A program made the translations under genes and the position numbers. A stretch of DNA of 41,999 nt from assembly GCA_045633665.1 (NCBI GenBank), contig JAZQYT010000088.1:1-41999 (forward strand). Reading direction: 5' to 3'. Below the pieces are notes generated by a model. That model had not been told where the DNA came from. It made no database searches and was given only the letters and a program-made list of their open reading frames with translations. Shown in pieces: positions 25,157-33,812 of this stretch (positions within the stretch are counted from its first letter, which is position 1; every line of letters begins with the position of its first letter). Origin of the DNA: Eubacteriales bacterium. GTDB taxonomy: Bacteria; Bacillota; Clostridia; Oscillospirales; CAG-272.

Positions 25157-26560
25157 TTAGTCTTGTATCACGATCTCACCGTCGGTGCAGACGATGACGG
25201 TTCCGCCCCAGATTGCACCCTCTTCCAATATGATTTGATTCCACTCTGCCATTGTACCTCGGAATTCAATCGTTTTGAGTTGCTCAAGCTTGTAAAAGCC
25301 CTGTGATTCGATCTTTTTCAAGGATGACGGCAAGGAGAGCGAAACAAGCTTTTTGCAATCCTCGAAAGCGTGCCGCCCAATTTCCGTAACCCCGTCCGGC
25401 ACATATGCAGATACTATACCGCAGGTATAAAAAGCACTGGATTCAATTCTTGAAAAGCCCTCGGGGATGACCATATCACATCCTCCGAGAGAACCGTAGA
25501 AGGATTGTGAGCCGATGAAATCCATGTGATCCGGCAGATCAATGGTTTTCAAATTGTGACAGCCAAAAAATGCTCTCTCACCGATGGATACCACCGTTTC
25601 AGGAATATTGATACTCGGCAAGGACTGACAGCGGTAAAAGGCATATGAACCGATCTTCTCTACACCTTCGGGCAACGTGATCTCTTCCAGCTGATAACAG
25701 TCTATGAACAGATCTCCATCGATCACGGTCAAATATTCCGGCATGCGTACAACTTTGAGCTTATAACAGTGACCAAATGCGCGATACCCTATCTTCTCCA
25801 CACCGCTCGGAATATGCACTTCAGTGATCTCTTCTTCACGGTCAAACGCTTCGGGTGCAATCTCCTTGACCGGAATACCGTTGACATGATCCGGAATGAT
25901 CACAACAGTATCGTTTCCCTCCAACCCGTTTACTACGTAATAATCTCCGGTATCACTCAGTGTGTATCTTATTCCGTCTTTGATGATGTTTGCTTTCACA
26001 GCTGTTTCGGCTTCGGATTCTGATTCGGTTTCACTTTCACTTTCACTTTCTCTTGTTTCTTCGTCCGGCAATGTTTGTATTCTATCCTTGTGCTTCAGAT
26101 AATACTCGTAAAGTCTTTCCAACAGCTTGCCAAGGCTTTGCAGCGTTTCTCCGACAAGGCCTTGCTGCTCACCCATCATCTGATCGATTACTGAGTCCTC
26201 GCTGCCTGCACCAAGCGCGTTGAATACCTGCTCGGTCATCTGCCACTGCGTCCAGTCAAGCATCAGATCTTCTTTTTTGATCTCGGAGTCAGTGTCATCA
26301 AGAGGGAAGATGACGCGATCAACGGCCTTGATGAACGGGTTATCAACGTCATCGTGATTGAAAACGTACACCAACGGCAGTGTTGTCACAAGCAGCGCAA
26401 GGATCAGCACCATAGAGATCGCGGCAACCGACAGCGCGATCAGATAGCGTCTTCCCTTTTTTGGCCTGCGGCTGCGCAGGCTGTTGTCCAAGCGCACGTA
26501 TTCTTCGATCAGATCGGTATCCACCAATCCGACAGCGTCAATAAACATAGATGCATTCAT
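25157..26560 (-). CDS. module 4 membrane protein with BspA-type LRR ectodomain
   Basis: A 467-aa ORF with the same architecture. The acidic linker is RESESESETESESEAE. There is an ATGA overlap at 26557-26560. Confidence 0.8.
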   Translation of the reverse strand: MNASMFIDAVGLVDTDLIEEYVRLDNSLRSRRPKKGRRYLIALSVAAISMVLILALLVTTLPLVYVFNHDDVDNPFIKAVDRVIFPLDDTDSEIKKEDLMLDWTQWQMTEQVFNALGAGSEDSVIDQMMGEQQGLVGETLQSLGKLLERLYEYYLKHKDRIQTLPDEETRESESESETESESEAETAVKANIIKDGIRYTLSDTGDYYVVNGLEGNDTVVIIPDHVNGIPVKEIAPEAFDREEEITEVHIPSGVEKIGYRAFGHCYKLKVVRMPEYLTVIDGDLFIDCYQLEEITLPEGVEKIGSYAFYRCQSLPSINIPETVVSIGERAFFGCHNLKTIDLPDHMDFIGSQSFYGSLGGCDMVIPEGFSRIESSAFYTCGIVSAYVPDGVTEIGRHAFEDCKKLVSLSLPSSLKKIESQGFYKLEQLKTIEFRGTMAEWNQIILEEGAIWGGTVIVCTDGEIVIQD

Positions 26561-27138
26561 ACCGTATACCCCTCCTTTTCAAGTGCTGCTTTCAAAGAGG
26601 CCTTGATATATGCAATGTCCGCGTTGACAACCGAGCGCGTGCAGCCCAATACCTGCGCGATCTCTTCAATCGGTCGCGCATCGTAATAGCGGCTCATGAA
26701 TACATAACGTCTGCGCTCGCTGAGCGTGCGCATCCACGTGCTGATCACGTCAGCCAACGCACTTGCCTCGGCCTGCGTATACGCGTCGTTTTCATGCAAT
26801 GAATATTCCAGATCCGACAATGGAACCGAAAACGCCGGCGGTACGCTCTTCTTTGCATGCTTTTGCCTATACTTATCAATGGCTAGATGGCGCGTAATGG
26901 TACTCAGGAATGCCTGCAGCAGCTTGGGACGGTGCGGAGGAATGGAATTCCACGTATCAAGATACGTATCGTTCAGACATTCCTCGCTGTCCTGCATATC
27001 CTGCAGCAGGTTATACGCAACGTGCAGCAGATAATTACGATATTTGGCGTCTGTATGCTTGATCGCGGCCTCGTCCCTTGCGAAATACAGTTCCACTATG
27101 GCAGAGTCGCTGAGTAAATACGTTTGATTTTTTGGCAT
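26557..27138 (-). CDS. module 4 ECF-like sigma factor
   Basis: I placed the start at MPKNQTYLLSD (ATG is the rc of 27136-27138, after AAGGAGG). It is a paralog of the other module sigma factors. Confidence 0.8.
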   Translation of the reverse strand: MPKNQTYLLSDSAIVELYFARDEAAIKHTDAKYRNYLLHVAYNLLQDMQDSEECLNDTYLDTWNSIPPHRPKLLQAFLSTITRHLAIDKYRQKHAKKSVPPAFSVPLSDLEYSLHENDAYTQAEASALADVISTWMRTLSERRRYVFMSRYYDARPIEEIAQVLGCTRSVVNADIAYIKASLKAALEKEGYTV

Positions 27139-27160
27139 ATGCGACCTCCTTCTTGTTAGC

Positions 27161-27198
27161 TTCACTTATATAGACGAAAAAACGGGACGAAAAGTCAG
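27161..27198 (-). promoter_or_regulatory. module 4 candidate ECF-type promoter
   Basis: The minus strand reads CTGAC, 17 nt, then CGTCTATATAAGTGAA. No terminator separates it from the module 5 LRR gene. Confidence 0.45.
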
Positions 27199-27218
27199 AA
27201 TAATTTTATTTTTTTGAA

Positions 27219-28703
27219 TTACTTTGGTTGATAATCTCCGTCCGAGCAATGTACAGTATACGTAAACGGATGATTATACCAGATATATGTTTTGCTTATC
27301 TGCTTCCATTGCTCCACGGTGCCGGTATAATCATATTCTCTTACGGAAGTATACTTGAACGCATTCGATCCGATGTTGACAAGTTTATCCGAGAATGTAA
27401 CCTTGGTCAGCTTCTTACAGCTTTGGAACGCGCTCGTCTTGATCTCCTGCAGACTCTCGGGAAGTGTCAATTCGGTCAATGCACAGCCCTCGAATGCATA
27501 ATCGCCGATCTCTGTAACGCTATCCGGCAATTCCAAGGTGTGCAAGGCATCGCACGACTGGAATGCATATCTTCCAACCTTTTTCAGCCCGTCACCGATC
27601 GTGACTTTTTCAAGTGACGTGCATTTGAAAAACGTTGCCTCTCCAGTTGTTTCAATTCCCGACGGGATCTCGATCTCGGTCAGCGCGCTGCAACCGTGAA
27701 ATGCTCTGTCACCAAGTGATTTCAGATTTTTCGGCATATCCACGCTTTGCAGCGACGTGCAGTCTTCAAAAGCGTTGATACCGATGATTTTGGTCGTATC
27801 CGGAATGGTGATGGATTGCAAGGAAGTACAGCCCTTAAAGGCACACATTTCGATCTCGGTCAATTTTTCGGAGAGATACACCTCACGCAAATTGGTACAG
27901 CCCTCAAACGCCCAGTCCCTGATCACGCTGACCGAATCTCCCATATAAACCAGCTCCAACGATTCGCATCCGTCAAACATATTGCTTTGGATCGCGCCGA
28001 CTCCGCCGAGAATATAGACCTCTTTCACATGCTTATCATACTTGAACAGATCCCTCTTGATCTCCACCACGCGTTTGCCGTTATGCTCTGCAGGAATGCA
28101 TACCACACCGTCAGCGCCCAGCACGTAACCGGTTACGCGGTAATTGCCTGCCGAGGTAGTTTCAAAGCTCAAGCCCATGCTGACCTCGGGGATCGGAATG
28201 GGATATTCCTTGTCGGTTTCGGTTTCGGTTTCTTGCTCGGCTTTGTCATGATCGTCGCTTACGTGCTTGAGATAATATTCGTAAAGCTCATCAAGCAAGC
28301 ACCCTGCCTGTACAAAGCTTTCGCTAAGCAGGCCGCGATCCGATTGCTTCAAGGCATTGGCAAACGAATCCTCCTGCCCCATGCGCAGCATCTCAAAGAT
28401 CTTTGCAGTTACATCCCATTTCGTCCAATCACCAACAATGCTGTCCTCAACCTCCTCGGGCATCAGATGCTCCTGTACGCTTTGCCCAAACGACTCGGGA
28501 AGGATCAACGCGTACAGCGGCAAAGAAACAAGCAAAATACTCATCACCAGCACAAGACAGGCTGCACTGATCAGAACGCTCAAACGCGTTTTTCTCTTAC
28601 GCTTTACGATCTGCGCGCCGTACTGTGCATCGATTTTGAGAAAATCTTCAATGATAGACACGTCGATCATGCCGATCGACTCTGCAAGCATAGCCTTTTT
28701 CAT
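27219..28703 (-). CDS. module 5 membrane protein with BspA-type LRR ectodomain
   Basis: A 494-aa ORF and the most divergent paralog. The TM segment is LSVLISAACLVLVMSILLVSLPL and the linker is EQETETETD. There is an ATGA overlap at 28700-28703. Confidence 0.8.
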   Translation of the reverse strand: MKKAMLAESIGMIDVSIIEDFLKIDAQYGAQIVKRKRKTRLSVLISAACLVLVMSILLVSLPLYALILPESFGQSVQEHLMPEEVEDSIVGDWTKWDVTAKIFEMLRMGQEDSFANALKQSDRGLLSESFVQAGCLLDELYEYYLKHVSDDHDKAEQETETETDKEYPIPIPEVSMGLSFETTSAGNYRVTGYVLGADGVVCIPAEHNGKRVVEIKRDLFKYDKHVKEVYILGGVGAIQSNMFDGCESLELVYMGDSVSVIRDWAFEGCTNLREVYLSEKLTEIEMCAFKGCTSLQSITIPDTTKIIGINAFEDCTSLQSVDMPKNLKSLGDRAFHGCSALTEIEIPSGIETTGEATFFKCTSLEKVTIGDGLKKVGRYAFQSCDALHTLELPDSVTEIGDYAFEGCALTELTLPESLQEIKTSAFQSCKKLTKVTFSDKLVNIGSNAFKYTSVREYDYTGTVEQWKQISKTYIWYNHPFTYTVHCSDGDYQPK

Positions 28704-29281
28704 ACCGTATACCCCTCCTTTGCGAGAAATTCACGCAAGGAGCTTTTGATCGCAGCGATCTCCCTGTGTACCGTGGCCTGACTGCAGCCGATCCTTTTGG
28801 CGATCTGCTCGATCGGCCATGCGAAATAATAGCGTCCGACAAAAATGTAGCGCGTTCTTTGCGGCAGACCGTTGATATATCGTCCGAGCGCATCTGCCAA
28901 CACATCGCACTCCTTGTTGCTGTACGCATCCTCTTGTGAAAGATCCATATTGCCAAAGTCGTCCAGCGGCATCATCAGCGACTTGGGAATCTGCGAAGGG
29001 CCTGTCTTTTTTCTGTGTACGTCAATGGCGCTGCGCCTTGTAATGGCGGTCAAAAATGCTTGCAAAGCATGCGGTCTTGCAGGCGGAATGGCATTCCACG
29101 TACGAAGATAGGTATCATTCAAGCATTCCTCACTGTCCTGCATATCATGCAGGATGTTTTGCGCGACCGTGAGCAAATACCGCCTGTATTTCAGATCGGT
29201 ATGCTTGATCGCGTCTTGATTTCTTGCCCAGTAAAGGTCCACAATTTCAGGATCGCTGAGCATTGAATTTACGTCTTGCAT
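28700..29281 (-). CDS. module 5 ECF-like sigma factor
   Basis: A 193-aa ORF. The ATG is the rc of 29279-29281, 7 nt after GGAGG. It is a paralog of the other module sigma factors. Confidence 0.8.
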   Translation of the reverse strand: MQDVNSMLSDPEIVDLYWARNQDAIKHTDLKYRRYLLTVAQNILHDMQDSEECLNDTYLRTWNAIPPARPHALQAFLTAITRRSAIDVHRKKTGPSQIPKSLMMPLDDFGNMDLSQEDAYSNKECDVLADALGRYINGLPQRTRYIFVGRYYFAWPIEQIAKRIGCSQATVHREIAAIKSSLREFLAKEGYTV

Positions 29282-29316
29282 TAAAAATCCTCCTTTGAAA
29301 TTGAGATAAATTTCCT

Positions 29317-29354
29317 TTCACTCTCATAGTCGTATACTTGGACAAAAAACTATC
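29317..29354 (-). promoter_or_regulatory. module 5 candidate ECF-type promoter
   Basis: The minus strand reads GATAG, 17 nt, then CGACTATGAGAGTGAA. Confidence 0.4.
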
Positions 29355-29363
29355 ACAATTTTG

Positions 29364-29400
29364 AAAAAACAGGCGAAAATATTTTTTCGCCTGCTTTTTT
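29364..29400 (-). terminator. rho-independent terminator after asnS
   Basis: The minus strand reads aaaaaaGCAGGCGAAAAaatatTTTTCGCCTGttttttc. Confidence 0.75.
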
Positions 29401-29412
29401 ATGGATTTTTTA

Positions 29413-30807
29413 TCAATACTCTGCGTTGCCAACCGTTCTGGGATAAGGAATGACGTCACGGATGTTGGAAACACCGGTCAGGTACATGATGATACGCTCA
29501 AAGCCAAGGCCGTAGCCTGCGTGCTTGGTACCGCCGTACTTGCGCAGGTTGACGTACCACCAGTAATCCTCGGGATCCAGGTTGCACTCTGCCATTCTTT
29601 CAAGCAGCACGTCCAGACGCTCTTCTCTCTGGCTACCGCCAATGATCTCACCGACACCGGGAACCAGCAGGTCCATTGCTGCTACGGTCTTACCGTCGTC
29701 GTTCAAGCGCATATAGAAGGACTTGATCTCCTTGGGATAGTCGGTTACGAATACGGGACAGCCGTAAACCTGCTCGGTCAGGTATCTTTCATGCTCGGTC
29801 TGCAGATCGCAGCCCCATGCAACGGGATACTTGAAGTCCGCACCAGACTTGGAGAGCAGCTCAACAGCCTCGGTATAGGTCACTCTCTTATATTCGCTCT
29901 GTGCCAGAGTGTTAAGTCTTTCCAAAAGGCCCTTATCAACAAAGCTGTTAAAGAAGGTCAGTTCTCTTTGGCAATTCTTCAGCACGTGCTTGATAATATA
30001 CTGGATCATATCCCAAGCCAGCTGCATATCGTCATTCAGATCCGCAAAAGCGATCTCGGGCTCGATCATCCAGAATTCAGCCGCATGGCGCGCGGTGTTG
30101 GAGTTCTCGGCACGGAATGTGGGGCCAAAGGTATAAATGTTGCCGTACGCCATTGCGTAGGTTTCGCCCTCCAGCTGGCCGGAAACGGTCAGGTTGGTGG
30201 ACTTGCCGAAGAAATCCTGCGACCAGTCGATCTTGCCGTCCTCAGTCATAGGCGGGTTGGTCATGTCCATGGTGGTCACGCGAAACATTTCGCCTGCGCC
30301 CTCACAGTCAGAGCCTGTGATCAGAGGAGTGTGAACGTAAACAAAGCCGCGCTCATGGAAGAAGGTGTGGATCGCATAAGCAACCTCGCTGCGCACGCGG
30401 AAAACAGCCGAGAAAAGGTTGGTTCTGGGACGCAAATACGCCTGCTCACGCAGATACTCAACGGTGTGACGCTTCTTCTGCAGCGGATAATCGGGCGTGG
30501 AGGTGCCTTCCACCTCAACGCTGATTGCCTTGATCTCAAAGGGCTGCTTCATCTCGGGAGTCAGCTCGACAATACCGGTTACAACGAGAGCTGCGCCAAC
30601 GTTCTGCTTGGCGATCTCGGTATAGTTGTCGATCTTTTCGCGCTCAAAAACGATCTGTGCGCCTGTAAAGCAAGAACCGTCGTTCAGATCAATAAATCCG
30701 AACGCCTTACTGTCGCGAATGCTTCTTGCCCAACCGCCAAGCACGACCTGCTTGCCGGAATATGCTTCCATATCTTCATAAATGCTTCTGATAAGATCAC
30801 GTTTCAT
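29413..30807 (-). CDS. asnS: asparagine--tRNA ligase
   Basis: A 464-aa ORF with class IIb aaRS motifs: [21 protein letters not shown] and [15 protein letters not shown]. The length and N-terminal OB-fold region fit AsnRS. Confidence 0.85.
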   Translation of the reverse strand: MKRDLIRSIYEDMEAYSGKQVVLGGWARSIRDSKAFGFIDLNDGSCFTGAQIVFEREKIDNYTEIAKQNVGAALVVTGIVELTPEMKQPFEIKAISVEVEGTSTPDYPLQKKRHTVEYLREQAYLRPRTNLFSAVFRVRSEVAYAIHTFFHERGFVYVHTPLITGSDCEGAGEMFRVTTMDMTNPPMTEDGKIDWSQDFFGKSTNLTVSGQLEGETYAMAYGNIYTFGPTFRAENSNTARHAAEFWMIEPEIAFADLNDDMQLAWDMIQYIIKHVLKNCQRELTFFNSFVDKGLLERLNTLAQSEYKRVTYTEAVELLSKSGADFKYPVAWGCDLQTEHERYLTEQVYGCPVFVTDYPKEIKSFYMRLNDDGKTVAAMDLLVPGVGEIIGGSQREERLDVLLERMAECNLDPEDYWWYVNLRKYGGTKHAGYGLGFERIIMYLTGVSNIRDVIPYPRTVGNAEY

Positions 30808-30828
30808 GATTATGCTCCTTGATTGTAT

Positions 30829-31677
30829 TTACTGTGTAAGTCCACCGAAAAGGTTATCGAAAAAGTCACCGGGATCCTGTTCGGCAGTATCGAACGGATT
30901 GTCCTTGGGAACACCGTCCATAATGTCACCCCAAATGCTTTCCCACTCCTCGTTTGCATCTCCGTTGAGATCTCCAAGACCGGGAAAGGATTCGTTCAAT
31001 GCACCGTCCATGTAATTATCATCCTTCATCATGGCATCATAGACGGAATCGTAAATGGTATCGTGTACGTCACCGTTGCCGTTCATATCGCTGATCTGAT
31101 CCATGATGGCATCTGCAATCGCCTTGGCTGTCTGCTGGGCAACGAATTCGCGAAGAGATTCGGGTTCGGGAAGACTTTCTTCTGTTTCAGCAGTCGTATC
31201 CTGCGTATCCTTGCTTGGGAACCAGGAAGAGCCGCCGCTCTGATTTTCAAACCATTTGCGGATCAGCTGGAGAATAAAATCCGAGGTGCTTTCGCTGCCT
31301 AAGTACTGATCGAGAATATCACCGATGATCTGGGAATAATCAGATCCGGAGCCTCCAAGACCGCCAAGTGAGCCAAGCAAGCCCTCCACAATGCCGCTGT
31401 TACCGCCTGAGGGATCCTTTTCGGTTTCCCCTTCTGTGGTAACCTGCTCCATCTGGTCAAGTGCCTCCAAAATAGACGCAGACATATCGGCCTTGAGCTG
31501 ATCTATTTCTTCTTTTGTTAACTGTTGCTCTGTTTCCTGCTCGCGCTCCGATTCCTTCTCGCCTTGGTCCTTGTCGTCCTTCTCTATCTCCTTGTCTTTG
31601 TTACCGCAGGCAACAAAAACGGATACGGTCATCAGCAATACAAGCAGCATGGCAACGATCCTTATGAATTGTTTCAT
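30829..31677 (-). CDS. acidic hypothetical lipoprotein
   Basis: A 282-aa ORF with the lipobox context LLMTVSVFVACGN. The mature part is highly acidic and rich in D, E, G and S. I recognise no family. Confidence 0.6.
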   Translation of the reverse strand: MKQFIRIVAMLLVLLMTVSVFVACGNKDKEIEKDDKDQGEKESEREQETEQQLTKEEIDQLKADMSASILEALDQMEQVTTEGETEKDPSGGNSGIVEGLLGSLGGLGGSGSDYSQIIGDILDQYLGSESTSDFILQLIRKWFENQSGGSSWFPSKDTQDTTAETEESLPEPESLREFVAQQTAKAIADAIMDQISDMNGNGDVHDTIYDSVYDAMMKDDNYMDGALNESFPGLGDLNGDANEEWESIWGDIMDGVPKDNPFDTAEQDPGDFFDNLFGGLTQ

Positions 31678-31722
31678 ACTTGTACTGTTCCTTTCAATAG
31701 TATCGCATTATAATCTCGTAAT

Positions 31723-31751
31723 ATTATAGCACTAAATATCTTCCGTGTCAA
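31723..31751 (-). promoter_or_regulatory. consensus sigma-70-type promoter of the lipoprotein-asnS unit
   Basis: The minus strand reads TTGACA (rc of 31746-31751), a 17-nt spacer, then TATAAT (rc of 31723-31728). Confidence 0.65.
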
Positions 31752-31803
31752 CTGTTTTGTGAAAACATCATAAAAATACCCGCGAAAATCAAACAACAAT
31801 CAC

Positions 31804-31838
31804 AAAAGCCACACGCGATCCGCTCGCGTGTGGCTTTT
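31804..31838 (-). terminator. rho-independent terminator ending the 7-gene operon
   Basis: AAAAGCCACACGCGA pairs with TCGCGTGTGGCTTTT. On the minus strand it is followed by gtgattgttgtttg. Confidence 0.75.
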
Positions 31839-31841
31839 GAT

Positions 31842-33800
31842 TCATTCAACGTATTCAATTTCCACAGACAGCGCTGTGCTGTCGTGAGAATTGTTGCCGC
31901 CGAGATTGACTGCAATATAGATCATGTCGCCTGCACGCACCTGCATGCTAAGCGTATTCTCTCCAACTTCACCGTAAGCAAGATCGATATATCCGTACCT
32001 ATCCCCCTCTGTCTGCACCGCATCGCCCAGCAACACGCGGTATCTGATACCGTCGCTGTGCTCGGAATTGACGCTTAGGCTGTAGGTATAACGGATCTCA
32101 CCGTCGCGAGGAATCTTGAACGCAAGAACCGCATCGTACGTATCGGGATGCACCGCACCATTCATGATCAAAGAAAACTGTGACGCTCCCTGCCAGCGAT
32201 CGTTTACTGCGTCGAACGTCATTTCGACATATTTCGTTCTCTGCGGTCTTGCACACAGATAATACCAGCCCCCCTTGCCCTGCTCGGAAGAAAATGTACC
32301 GGGAAACGCGTAAACACTCTGAGCCTTGTCTACAGGTGTGCTTGACAGGTCGTCCACTACTTTTACGTAAACGTATTCTTCATTGGATGCCAGCGTATGA
32401 TACTGTGCCATAAACGTGCCGGGATTGCCCTTGCGCAGCAATTGAGAGAGCTTGATTTCCATGGTTCGCATCGTATCGGTCGTATCAATCACTGCAGGTG
32501 GATTTTCACCAAGCCAGGTATCGGAAAGCTCTTTCCATACCCATTTGTAGGTAGCATAGTCATCATCCAAGGACCAGTTGGCAATGCTGACATAGGTACA
32601 GCCGCGCTTAAAGCAGTCGTTGCCCTGCTCGAGGTATTTTTCGGGTGTTGCACCGTTCTGATAAGGCCCGTCTATCTCCTGCGCAAGCTGCACGTGTGGA
32701 GGAAACATGCCGTCTGCATAGTCCATGGAAAACTCATGGTCGCTTAAGGGGCCGTCGTCGATCCATACAACGTCGGCATACTCTGCCAAGTCGCCAGCGG
32801 CAAGCGTGCAACGCACAGGTGAAGCAGCGTCGTAAATACTGCCAAACTGCAATGCATATTTTGAATCGGGAGCAACCGTCTTCTGCGCGATCGCAAGCTT
32901 ATCAATGATTGCCTTGAGGTTTTGATGTCGGAACTGATACCATAGCTTACCAAGGTTATCGGATGCCGTAGTAGAGGGCAATTCGATCTGACCAAACACA
33001 GTATAATCCGTACCCAATACAGCGTTCAAAGCGTTGATATCTTTATATTCATCTATCAAAAAGTCATAAAACCTTGCTCTTGCAAGATCCGAATAGTCGT
33101 ACTCCCCTGCACACCAATATTCGCTTTCCGCGTATTGGGAAAATGCCGGCAGATAAAACAGTATGTCTGACGCATATTCGGCTTCATACCTTTCAACAGC
33201 AGCTGTGTAGAAAGCCACAGCGGCATCCACGGCACTCTGTGAGCAAAACGAAATCATAGTGCGCATGCCATCTTGCGAACCGCCTACGCAAAGGTTGCCG
33301 CTCGGATCGCGCATCATTTGATCCTGCGCAATGACCTTATCGTCAGAGCGACGGGTCAGATCGAGCGAGATAGCCACCTTCAAGCCCTTGGTCTTTACCA
33401 CGTATTCGATCATGGGATCAAAGGCAGAAAAGTCGTACTCACCTGCTTTGACAGCTTCTACACGGCTCCACGGGATATGCACCTTGATGGCGTTAAAGCC
33501 ATCCGCTACCGCCGTGTCTACAGTTTTTTCAAACTGCGCCTGTGATTGCTCGGTGAAATTCCATATGCGATAGATAAAGTATCTCTCGCCTATCTCTCTT
33601 GCATGCTTCACGTTCGCATCCTCCTGTGTCGAATTTTCCTCTGACGTATGCTCTGGCGTATCAAGCTTTGTCGTCTGCTCATTCGCTTCGGCATGCGTAC
33701 CTTGCTCGGGCGGTTTTTTCACCTGTGTGCAGGCAGCCACCGCGTATAGCATGGATAAAAGCAATATAGTACACGACAGGCGTTTGAGAAGCTTGGACAT
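31842..33800 (-). CDS. lipoprotein with a TIM-barrel glycoside hydrolase-like domain (GH42/GH35-like)
   Basis: I placed the start at MSKLLKRLSCTILLLSMLYAVAAC (ATG is the rc of 33798-33800, after GGAGG). The segment FNAIKVHIPWSRVEAVKAGEYDFSAFDPMIEYVVKTKGLKVAISL resembles the N-terminal strands of GH42-type barrels. The family call is tentative. Confidence 0.5.
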   Translation of the reverse strand: MSKLLKRLSCTILLLSMLYAVAACTQVKKPPEQGTHAEANEQTTKLDTPEHTSEENSTQEDANVKHAREIGERYFIYRIWNFTEQSQAQFEKTVDTAVADGFNAIKVHIPWSRVEAVKAGEYDFSAFDPMIEYVVKTKGLKVAISLDLTRRSDDKVIAQDQMMRDPSGNLCVGGSQDGMRTMISFCSQSAVDAAVAFYTAAVERYEAEYASDILFYLPAFSQYAESEYWCAGEYDYSDLARARFYDFLIDEYKDINALNAVLGTDYTVFGQIELPSTTASDNLGKLWYQFRHQNLKAIIDKLAIAQKTVAPDSKYALQFGSIYDAASPVRCTLAAGDLAEYADVVWIDDGPLSDHEFSMDYADGMFPPHVQLAQEIDGPYQNGATPEKYLEQGNDCFKRGCTYVSIANWSLDDDYATYKWVWKELSDTWLGENPPAVIDTTDTMRTMEIKLSQLLRKGNPGTFMAQYHTLASNEEYVYVKVVDDLSSTPVDKAQSVYAFPGTFSSEQGKGGWYYLCARPQRTKYVEMTFDAVNDRWQGASQFSLIMNGAVHPDTYDAVLAFKIPRDGEIRYTYSLSVNSEHSDGIRYRVLLGDAVQTEGDRYGYIDLAYGEVGENTLSMQVRAGDMIYIAVNLGGNNSHDSTALSVEIEYVE

Positions 33801-33812
33801 ACAGACCTCCAA

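Noticed and set aside
26008-26060. Short tandem DNA repeats (cactttcactttcactttc, ggtttcggtttcggtttc and similar) as possible non-coding microsatellites or CRISPR-like units.
   Set aside because: They lie in frame inside long ORFs and encode the acidic SESE/ETET linkers. They are coding low-complexity sequence.
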